Part shown: one piece after another, positions 21,562 to 28,838 of the stretch
Numbering within the stretch: the stretch's first letter is position 1
Layout: each line of letters starts with the position of its first letter
Source: an uncultured Mycobacterium sp.
Lineage (GTDB): Bacteria; Actinomycetota; Actinomycetes; Mycobacteriales; Mycobacteriaceae
Length of the DNA stretch: 64,000 nt
NCBI GenBank assembly: GCA_964447215.1
Contig: CAYURT010000004.1
Location: 37,498 to 101,497, forward strand
Direction of reading: 5' to 3'
Position numbers and translations under genes: made by a program
The notes under the pieces: model-generated
What the model was told of the DNA's origin: nothing
Database searches by the model: none
The model's input: the letters and a program-made list of their open reading frames with translations, nothing else

Positions 21562-22431
21562 CTATCCGACCCGCACCCAGACGGCGCCGTCATCGACGCG
21601 CAGCGGCAACTGCTCGAGTTGGGCTCCCGGCATGCTCAGGCACTCACCGGAGCTGGCGTCGAAACAGAAACCGTGCCATGGGCAGGTCAGCGTGCCGTTC
21701 GCGAGGTCCAGGACGCCGTCGTCCAAGGGCAGCGCCTCGTGCGCGCATTCGTTGCGGTAGGCCGACAGCCGCTGGCCCAGGTTGACGATCAGCACGTCGG
21801 CGCGCGCACCGGCGGTGGTGTTCAGCGACACCGGCGTCAGGTCGTCGACCTTGAGATCCGATGCCGGGCCGACCCTCGCCCAGCCTTCGGACTCCGGATC
21901 GCGGCCGATGCGCAGCGACTCGACCGGGATCAGCGTCGGGCTGGGCTCGTCGGCGAGCACCTCGACCGACGTGATCGACGGAACCCCCTGCACCAGAGCC
22001 TCTTCCACCAGGTTCCGCAGGGTCACCGAGGACATCGAGCAGCCGTTGCACGCGCCCTCCAATCGAACGAAGGCCGTGCCGTCGTCCACCCGGACCAGGG
22101 TGACGTCGCCGCCATGGCTGTGCAGCTGCGGCCGCACCGAGGCCAGCACCTGGTTGGCGTTGGTCACCGGGTCGGGCCGGACGATGCCGTGCAGCGAGAG
22201 CAGCAGGTGCACAACGGGGTCGTCGACGAGTTCGAAGAGCACCTCGCGGGCCGCTTCGTGCTCACGCATCCGCCGCACCATGGTCAGCAGCCCGGAGCGG
22301 TGCACCGCCTCGACCGCGTCCTGGAGTTCCTGCGCGACCGTGCGGGCCGGCTCGTCGAGTTCGGCGGCGGCGGCGACGGCCGCGTCGACCCGCTCGGCGA
22401 GTTCCTCGAACGTCGGTTCCGGATCACTCAT
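21562..22431 (-). CDS. hucE: NifU-like / Rieske [2Fe-2S] fusion protein (HucE-like putative hydrogenase electron-transfer protein)
   Basis: The ATG at 22431 overlaps the upstream stop (ATGA). It has a NifU C-terminal-type CxxC motif (EGACNGCSMSSVTL) and a Rieske pair (NECAHE ... CPWHGFCF). Length is 289 aa. Confidence 0.75.
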   Translation of the reverse strand: MSDPEPTFEELAERVDAAVAAAAELDEPARTVAQELQDAVEAVHRSGLLTMVRRMREHEAAREVLFELVDDPVVHLLLSLHGIVRPDPVTNANQVLASVRPQLHSHGGDVTLVRVDDGTAFVRLEGACNGCSMSSVTLRNLVEEALVQGVPSITSVEVLADEPSPTLIPVESLRIGRDPESEGWARVGPASDLKVDDLTPVSLNTTAGARADVLIVNLGQRLSAYRNECAHEALPLDDGVLDLANGTLTCPWHGFCFDASSGECLSMPGAQLEQLPLRVDDGAVWVRVG

Positions 22432-23681
22432 CCCGGCGTCTCCTCGGTGCGGGCCAGCGCCTGCTGCTTGGCGATCTCGTCGAGCACGCCACGCACGGTG
22501 CGCACCGAGTCGTGATCGCCGAGTTCCTCGAACAGGAACCGCGCGTCGTAGAGCTTGGCCTTGGCCTGCTCGAAGTCCCCCAGGTGGGCCAGCACATTGC
22601 CCTGGTTGGCCAGCACCCGGGCACGCCCCAGCGGGTCGCTGTCCCGGTCGCGGGCCGAGAGCACCCCCTCGTAGAGCTCTACGGCCTCGACGAGGTTGTC
22701 GAGCCGATGGTTCGACGGGGTGTACACCAGCGAGTTGGCCAGGTTCAACTGCACGCTGGCCCACTGCTCGGGGTAGTCCTCGCGGGTGTAGACCTTCAGC
22801 GCCGAGCGCAGCGACTGGGCGGCGACGCCCAGCCGGAGCTGATCGGAGGCCTCGGTCATCGGCATGGTCAGGTAGGCGGTGGCCAGGTTCGCGTGCGCGG
22901 ACGCCCACAGCAGCGGGGCCTCCTCCCGCAGCACCAGCTGAAGCGCGGAGTGGTAGTGCGGCACCGCGCGGGCCAGCAGGTCGGGGCGGTCCCCGGCCTG
23001 CTCGTGCAGGACACCGGCCAGGTTCAGGTGCAGTTCGGCCCGGGCCACCCGCAGGCCGTCGGCCCCGTCGAGCGCCCGCAGCGCCCGCTGGAACCGGTCG
23101 ACGGCCTCAGTGCCCCCGGCGATCGGCGCCGAGGCCCCCAGCAGCACCCCGCGCAGCGGGGCGGACACCGCGCCGGCCTGTTCGGCGGCCCGATCGAGGT
23201 GATCCAGCGCTGCGGCGGCATCACCCGCCGCGAGTGCGTGACCGGCCTGGGCCGAACCCGCCACGGCGGCCAGTTCGGCATCGGCGGCCTCGGCGTCCGG
23301 GGGGCTGTCGCAGCGGCCGAGCGCGAACAGCACGACGTCGACCATGATCGCGAATTCACCGAGCGCCGAACGCAGTTGGTCGGGGTCCTCGGAATCGGGA
23401 TCCATGACGAACCGGTTGTAGCGGGTGATCGGATCGTCTCCGGTCAGCTGGGCCAGCGCCCCGTCGCGATCACCGGCCAGTGCGAGTTCGTGGGACTTCA
23501 GTACCGCCGGCCACCGGGGCACCTGGCCGGCCAGCAGCGCCACGCGGGCCTCCTCGGTCTCCGGCGAGGCCGGGATCAGCAGGTAACCCAGCGGCAGCGG
23601 GAAGGCGCCGACCGGCTGCGGGCGAACGGCCAGGACGGCCGGATCGTCCAGGTCGGACACTCCGGTCTCGGATGCGGTCAC
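22428..23681 (-). CDS. TPR-like repeat protein (hydrogenase-associated, function unknown)
   Basis: An AAGGAG sequence lies 4 nt upstream of the GTG at 23681, and that GTG overlaps the upstream stop (GTGA). The C-terminal half has TPR-like helices (NLATAYLTM, LNLANSLVY, LANQGNVLAHLGDFEQAKAKLYDARFLFEELGD). Length is 417 aa. Confidence 0.7.
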   Translation of the reverse strand: MTASETGVSDLDDPAVLAVRPQPVGAFPLPLGYLLIPASPETEEARVALLAGQVPRWPAVLKSHELALAGDRDGALAQLTGDDPITRYNRFVMDPDSEDPDQLRSALGEFAIMVDVVLFALGRCDSPPDAEAADAELAAVAGSAQAGHALAAGDAAAALDHLDRAAEQAGAVSAPLRGVLLGASAPIAGGTEAVDRFQRALRALDGADGLRVARAELHLNLAGVLHEQAGDRPDLLARAVPHYHSALQLVLREEAPLLWASAHANLATAYLTMPMTEASDQLRLGVAAQSLRSALKVYTREDYPEQWASVQLNLANSLVYTPSNHRLDNLVEAVELYEGVLSARDRDSDPLGRARVLANQGNVLAHLGDFEQAKAKLYDARFLFEELGDHDSVRTVRGVLDEIAKQQALARTEETPG

Positions 23682-23938
23682 AGTGCTCCTTGTATCGGCC
23701 CGGCGATATCGCGCTCGGCGGCCCGCTTGATCAGATCGGCGGCCAGTTCCGCGCGCCTCTTGGTGGCGTGGGTGTGGATCCGCTTGCGGACCACCCCGTC
23801 GGCGAACACCACGATGATGTCCACCGCCCAGCGGCCACGCTCGGGGACCACCACGGTGGTCACGTCCAGCGCCTCCTGAGCCGAGCTGTCCGTGCGGACC
23901 TCGGTCTTGGGGCGCTGCGGATCGGACACGATGATCAC
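23678..23938 (-). CDS. Small hypothetical protein (86 aa) between the protease and TPR genes
   Basis: The GTG at 23938 overlaps the protease stop, and its own stop overlaps the TPR start (GTGA both times). The sequence is VIIVSDPQRPKTEVRTDSSAQEALDVTTVVVPERGRWAVDIIVVFADGVVRKRIHTHATKRRAELAADLIKRAAERDIAGPIQGAL. I recognise no motif. Confidence 0.5.
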   Translation of the reverse strand: MIIVSDPQRPKTEVRTDSSAQEALDVTTVVVPERGRWAVDIIVVFADGVVRKRIHTHATKRRAELAADLIKRAAERDIAGPIQGAL

Positions 23939-24771
23939 TCCCCCACCGGCCCGTGCACCCGGATCCGCAGCGCCTTGTCGCCGTCGTCCCAGCGGGCCTG
24001 CAGCACGCCGGCCGCGATGTCGTCGCCGAGCACTTCCCGCACCAGCACCGCCCGGTCCCCGGCCGGGTTGCGCTGTTTGAGCAACAGACCGCCGCTGCTG
24101 GGTCCACGCAGCGGGTAGAGCCACAGTTCGCCGTCGCGCAGCGCTGCCGCCACCGCGTCGGAGGGAAACCGGCTGGCGGCCAACTCGGCGGCGAGCCGAA
24201 GATAGCCGTCAGCGGTGAGTTCGACGGTGCTCTCGGCCTCGGCGGGCGGACGCAACGGAGCGAAGAAGTCGCGTTCGATGCGGGCGATCACCTGTTCCAT
24301 CGCCGCGGACACCGGCTCGGACAGCTCGGCGCCCAGTTCCACCCCGGCCGCCTCGATGAGGAACACGGTGATGTCGGTCGGGCAGGCCTCCCCGAGCGCC
24401 CAGCGGGCGAACGGGATGGCGTGGTCCCAGCGGAACGAATGGGTGTGCAGGCCCTGCAGCGGCGGCAGGTCGCTGAGTTCCTCCCCGGGAACCCGGTAGA
24501 CGGTGCCGGGTTCGGCGCCGGTGGCCGACGCATCGACGATCACCACCCGCCGCGCGCCGCGCATCTGGAAGGCGACGTCCATACCGGCGGTGCCGCCGTC
24601 GACCAGTCGGGCGCCGTCGGGAACGCCGCGGTCCCACAGGTGGCGAACCAGGACCGGTCCGACGCCGTCATCGCCGCGCAGCAGATTCCCGCAGCCCACC
24701 ACCAGCACGTCGTAGGGCGGCGGCTCGATGTCGACGGCCGCGTCGCTACCGGGAGTGGCCTCCCCGGTCAC
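23935..24771 (-). CDS. [NiFe]-hydrogenase maturation endopeptidase (HupD/HybD family) with an extra ~110-aa C-terminal domain
   Basis: The GTG at 24771 overlaps the large-subunit stop (GTGA). The protease core is VLVVGCGNLLRGDDGVGPVLV...VVIVDA...HTHSF. The C-terminal part (STVELTADGYLRLAAELA...RIRVHGPVGE) is unassigned. Length is 278 aa. Confidence 0.8.
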   Translation of the reverse strand: MTGEATPGSDAAVDIEPPPYDVLVVGCGNLLRGDDGVGPVLVRHLWDRGVPDGARLVDGGTAGMDVAFQMRGARRVVIVDASATGAEPGTVYRVPGEELSDLPPLQGLHTHSFRWDHAIPFARWALGEACPTDITVFLIEAAGVELGAELSEPVSAAMEQVIARIERDFFAPLRPPAEAESTVELTADGYLRLAAELAASRFPSDAVAAALRDGELWLYPLRGPSSGGLLLKQRNPAGDRAVLVREVLGDDIAAGVLQARWDDGDKALRIRVHGPVGE

Positions 24772-26375
24772 ACCATTCCGTTGACGACGAACTTCGAGAG
24801 CTCCTTGCCGGTCTTGCCGTCGTAGGCGTGCACGGTGCACACCAGGCAGGAGTCGAAGCTGCGGGCGACGTGTCCGAGCTCGACGGGGTCCTCCGGGTCG
24901 ACGATCGGCGCGCCGACGAACGCCCGCTCCATCGGCCCGAGCACCTCGTTGCCGTCCCGGGGGCCGATGTTCCACGCGGTCGGGGTGACCACCTGGTAGT
25001 TCTTGATCTTGCTGTTCTCGATCACGATCCAGTCGGCCAGCGAGCCGCGGGCGGCCTCGGTGGCCCCGAAGCCCTTGCCCTCGGCGTGCTCGGTGGGCTT
25101 GGTGTAGAAGCTCTCCTTCAGGTCGAGCTGGTCCAGCCAGGACTTGACCCACTTGTAGTACTTGGGCGCCTCGTGCATACGGCCCAGTTGCCGCACCATC
25201 ACGCTGGGCCCGATCTTGTTGTAGATGTCGAGGAAGAGCGGATCGTTGTCCTGGTGCGGACCGGCGTTGGGGCCGGCCGCGGCCATCCGGCGGGCCAGCG
25301 GCCCGGTCTCCAGCGGGATGGCGCCCAGGTCGCCCACCTCGTAGCGCGGCGACTTGGCCCAGCTGTACTTGCCCTGCTTCTTGGCGGCCTCCGGGTCCAG
25401 CGGGATGGTCTCGCCCTCGAACGGATGCAGCGGACGGCTGCCCTGATAGAAGGAGTGCGTGACGTCCTCGCGGACGTTGGCCTGATCGAAGTCGAACCAC
25501 TGGCCGTCGGTGAACACCCCGCCGCGCCCGATCAGCGCGGCGTTGCGACCCTCGATGGTGGGCCGCTGGTAGAGGTTGGGGTCGAAATAGGTGCCCATCG
25601 CCATGTAGTTGCCGACCCCGGCGCCGTACTTGTCCAAGCCGACGTCGAGGCAGTAGCGGATGAAGAAGCCGCAGTCGCTGTTGTACTGCGACTCGTTCTC
25701 GTCGACCCAGGCCAGCACATCCTCCCAGGTCTTGTTCTCCAGCCACCGGTCCACGCTGCAGCCCAGCCACTCGGCTTCCAGCCAGTTGTCCTTCCAGTGC
25801 TCCAGGATCGCGATCGAGCGAGTCACGTCGGACAGCGACGGGGCCCCCATCACGCCGCCGGGAACCATGAAGCTGGAGTGCGGCCACTGCCCGCCGAAGA
25901 TCGCGTAGACCTCGACGGGCTTGTTCGACATCGTCACCCCCTTCTGATACGCGGTGCCGACGTAAGGGGCGAAGCGGCGGACGGCCTCGTCGTACAGGGC
26001 CGACTTGGCATAGTTCTTGTTGGTCAGGTCGATGGCGAACAGCGCATAGAAGTAGCGCGGTATCGACTGCAGCGTCTCGCAGGCCTGCGCGATATTGCGC
26101 ACCAGGGTGGCGTTGGGCGGCATGTGGGTGCGCCAGGCGGTGTCCAGGGCGTAAGCCGACTTGTAGAGGTGGCTGCCGCCGCAGATCCCGCAGATGCGCG
26201 GACACACGATGAGCCCGGCCTGCGGGTCCTTGCCGCGAAGGATGATCTCGAAGCCGCGGAACATCGCGGCCTCGGTCCACGCCGAGGTGACCACCCCGTC
26301 GTCGATGGTCACCCGGACGTCGAGGTCACCCTCGACGCGACCGAGGGGGCTGACGTGAAGATCGAGTGCTGTCAT
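24768..26375 (-). CDS. hucL: [NiFe]-hydrogenase large subunit, group 2a-like (Huc-type)
   Basis: It has the N-terminal Ni-binding motif PRICGICGGSH, the C-terminal motif FDSCLVCTVH, and a 19-aa tail for proteolytic removal. An AAGGA Shine-Dalgarno-like sequence precedes the ATG. Length is 535 aa. Confidence 0.95.
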   Translation of the reverse strand: MTALDLHVSPLGRVEGDLDVRVTIDDGVVTSAWTEAAMFRGFEIILRGKDPQAGLIVCPRICGICGGSHLYKSAYALDTAWRTHMPPNATLVRNIAQACETLQSIPRYFYALFAIDLTNKNYAKSALYDEAVRRFAPYVGTAYQKGVTMSNKPVEVYAIFGGQWPHSSFMVPGGVMGAPSLSDVTRSIAILEHWKDNWLEAEWLGCSVDRWLENKTWEDVLAWVDENESQYNSDCGFFIRYCLDVGLDKYGAGVGNYMAMGTYFDPNLYQRPTIEGRNAALIGRGGVFTDGQWFDFDQANVREDVTHSFYQGSRPLHPFEGETIPLDPEAAKKQGKYSWAKSPRYEVGDLGAIPLETGPLARRMAAAGPNAGPHQDNDPLFLDIYNKIGPSVMVRQLGRMHEAPKYYKWVKSWLDQLDLKESFYTKPTEHAEGKGFGATEAARGSLADWIVIENSKIKNYQVVTPTAWNIGPRDGNEVLGPMERAFVGAPIVDPEDPVELGHVARSFDSCLVCTVHAYDGKTGKELSKFVVNGMV

Positions 26376-26423
26376 GGAAGTCCTTAGGGGTCGGTCGGTG
26401 GGCGGGGGCGGCTGGGGTTCGAC

Positions 26424-27395
26424 TCAGACGACGAACATGTCCTCTTTGGACCACTTCGGCGCGGCCAGTCGGGCGGCGGCGGCGTGGGCCATGTAGGAGA
26501 GCTTCTTGGTCCCGGTCGGCACCTCCTCGGGGATCACCCCGGCCACCTTCTGGGTCTTGAACAGCGTGCCGGGAGCCAGGTCGAAGTGCGGGAACTCCGG
26601 TTCGGTGCAGCCGTAGCAGGGCTGGCCGGCTCGGGTCTTGGAGGACTGGCGGTTCCACAGGATCCGGTTGCACGGCGAGTGGGTCATCGGGCCGCGGCAG
26701 CCGAACTCGTAGAACAGGCATCCGGTGCGGGTGCCCTCACCGAAGGACATGGTGGACTGCTTGTATTCGAAGAACTGCACGCGCGTGCAGCCGGTCTGGG
26801 TGAACGTCTTGAAGAAGGTCTCCGGGCGCTGCAACTCGTCCAGCGCGATGTCCCCGGCCCGGCCGCTGGCCAGCGCGACGATGATCTGGGTGATCCAGTC
26901 CGGGTGGGCCGGACAACCGGGGATGTTGATCACCGGCAACCCCATCTTGGACTTGAAGTTCGGGCCCAGGAAGCCGCCCTTGTTGCGCTTGTGGAACTGC
27001 AGGCCGGTCGAGCCCGACGGGTTGGGCTCCATCGCCGGGATGCCGCCCCAGCAGGCGCAGTCCCCGATCGCCACGACGATCTGGGCCTGGGCCGCCAGCT
27101 CGGTGACCCAGTCCTTCATCGGCCGGTCGGCGAACATGTCCATCCGGCCCGAGCCGTTCGGGGCCTGGATGATGCTGCCCTCGAACACGAACACGTCCAG
27201 CGGCCGCTCGCCCTTGGCGCAGTCCCAGAACAGCTTCTGGGCGTTGTTGCCCAGCTCCAGCCCCAGCGACGGATGCCAGATCACGTCGAGGCCGAAGTCG
27301 ACGATCAGGTCGACGACATTGGGTTCCTCGGCGTTCAGGAACGACATGGTGTTGCCGCTGCACGCCCCTCCCTGCAGCCATAGAACAGATGCCAT
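26424..27395 (-). CDS. hucS: [NiFe]-hydrogenase small subunit without a Tat signal peptide, group 2a-like
   Basis: The ATG at 27395 is preceded by GAGAGGAG 7 nt upstream. The N-terminus MASVLWLQGGACSGNTMSFLNAEEP resembles cyanobacterial-type HupS. There is no RRxF twin-arginine leader. Cys motifs GDCACWGG and GCPAHPDW are present. Confidence 0.9.
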   Translation of the reverse strand: MASVLWLQGGACSGNTMSFLNAEEPNVVDLIVDFGLDVIWHPSLGLELGNNAQKLFWDCAKGERPLDVFVFEGSIIQAPNGSGRMDMFADRPMKDWVTELAAQAQIVVAIGDCACWGGIPAMEPNPSGSTGLQFHKRNKGGFLGPNFKSKMGLPVINIPGCPAHPDWITQIIVALASGRAGDIALDELQRPETFFKTFTQTGCTRVQFFEYKQSTMSFGEGTRTGCLFYEFGCRGPMTHSPCNRILWNRQSSKTRAGQPCYGCTEPEFPHFDLAPGTLFKTQKVAGVIPEEVPTGTKKLSYMAHAAAARLAAPKWSKEDMFVV

Positions 27396-27708
27396 GCGCA
27401 GACTCCTCTCGGAAGGGTTCAGCCGAAGATCCGAAGACCCCGGCACCGGCGCGAGCGCCGCAGTGGGGGTAGTTCGACACTAACCCCACGGCGTCGATAC
27501 CGGAACCGGAAAACACCCTCTATTTCTGACTTCTGGCCCGACGATCACCGCGCCGCGGCCGCGGGCTCCTACCCCGGGTCCCACCCGTGCGGGGGATTGT
27601 CTTCCCCGGGAGCCACCGCCACTATTGACGGGCGCTCGGGGCGGACGCGGGAGACGTTCCGGACCCCGGCGCGGATGAACGCGGATCTTGCGGAGAGGGG
27701 TCGCCACC

Positions 27709-28779
27709 ATGCTGACCAACCACACCACGCTGGTGCGGTTCCTGATCGAGGAACGCGCCCGCCACCCCGAGGCCAGCGGCGACCTCAACGCGCTGATCCT
27801 CGACGTCGCGCTGGCCTGCAAGGCGATCTCCAACCGGGTGGCCCAGGGTGAGCTGGGCGGGGTGCTCGGCGCCGCCGACGCGGTCAACGTCCAGGGCGAG
27901 ACCCAGCAGAAGCTCGACGTGCTGGCCAACGAGTACTTCCTGCACGCCTGCGAGTGGGGCGGGCAGACCGCGGGCATGGTCTCGGAGGAACTCGAGGAGC
28001 ACTACCGCCTGCCGTCCCGGTACGCCCGGGGCAAATACCTGCTGAGCTTCGACCCGCTCGACGGGTCGTCCAACATCGACGTCAACGTCTCGGTCGGCAG
28101 CATTTTCTCGATCCTGCGCGCACCCAACCCCGGCGAGGACGCCGCGCCCGAGGATTTCCTTCAGCCGGGCACCGAGCAGGTGTGCGCGGGTTACGCCATC
28201 TACGGCCCGTCGACGATGCTGGTGCTGACCGTGGGGACCGGGGTGCACGCGTTCACCCTGGACCCGGGGCTGGGCGAGTTCTTCCTGAGCCGGGAGTCGA
28301 TCACCATCCCGACCCATGCCACGGAGTTCGCGATCAACACCTCCAACCGCAGGTTCTGGGAGCCCGCCGTCCAGCGCTACATCGACGAGTGCATGGCCGG
28401 CCAGAGCGGGCCCCGCGGCAAGGACTTCAACATGCGCTGGGTGGCCTCGCTGGTCGCCGAGACCCACCGCATCCTCGGCCGCGGCGGGGTGTTCCTTTAT
28501 CCGCGTGACTCCAAGGACCCCAGCAAGGCCGGACGGCTGCGCCTGCTCTACGAGGCCAACCCGATCGCCTTCATCATCGAGCAGGCCGGCGGACTGGCCA
28601 GCACCGGCCGCCGCCGCCTGCTGGAGGTGGAGCCGACCGAGATCCACCAGCGGGTCCCGTTCATCTTCGGGGCGGCCGACGAGGTCCGCCGCGTCGAGCA
28701 CTACCACAGCGAGAGCAACGACAACCCGAACACCTCTCCGCTCTATGGCACCCGCGGCCTGTTCCGCAGCACCACCTGA
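27709..28779 (+). CDS. fbp: Class I fructose-1,6-bisphosphatase (CbbF-type; possibly FBPase/SBPase)
   Basis: The ATG at 27709 has a GGAGAGGGG Shine-Dalgarno-like sequence upstream. The class I signature LLSFDPLDGSSNIDVNVSVGSIFSI is present. Length is 356 aa. Confidence 0.9.
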   Translation: MLTNHTTLVRFLIEERARHPEASGDLNALILDVALACKAISNRVAQGELGGVLGAADAVNVQGETQQKLDVLANEYFLHACEWGGQTAGMVSEELEEHYRLPSRYARGKYLLSFDPLDGSSNIDVNVSVGSIFSILRAPNPGEDAAPEDFLQPGTEQVCAGYAIYGPSTMLVLTVGTGVHAFTLDPGLGEFFLSRESITIPTHATEFAINTSNRRFWEPAVQRYIDECMAGQSGPRGKDFNMRWVASLVAETHRILGRGGVFLYPRDSKDPSKAGRLRLLYEANPIAFIIEQAGGLASTGRRRLLEVEPTEIHQRVPFIFGAADEVRRVEHYHSESNDNPNTSPLYGTRGLFRSTT

Positions 28780-28838
28780 GAACGGTTCGCACCCGCCAAC
28801 GGTCCGGCCAGGAAGCCTCAGCCCAGAAAGGTCCCGTC

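Noticed and set aside
20659-23347. Two long plus-strand ORFs (618 aa and 521 aa) across the hydrogenase accessory genes.
   Set aside because: They are antisense to the NHL, NifU-Rieske and TPR genes. Those three have repeat and metal-binding motifs and an unbroken chain of coupled start/stop codons. The plus-strand translations are low-complexity.
24772-26280. The upstream ~500 codons of the 781-aa ORF that ends as the maturation protease.
   Set aside because: This part overlaps hucL in another frame and is Arg/Pro/Gly-rich. The protease motif begins just after GTG 24771, which overlaps the hucL stop.
27480-27977. A 165-aa minus-strand ORF upstream of hucS, considered as a possible HucM-like third subunit.
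   Set aside because: Most of it is antisense to the well-supported class I FBPase gene. Its composition is Ser/Pro/Arg-rich and non-protein-like. Only about 20 codons lie in the intergenic region.
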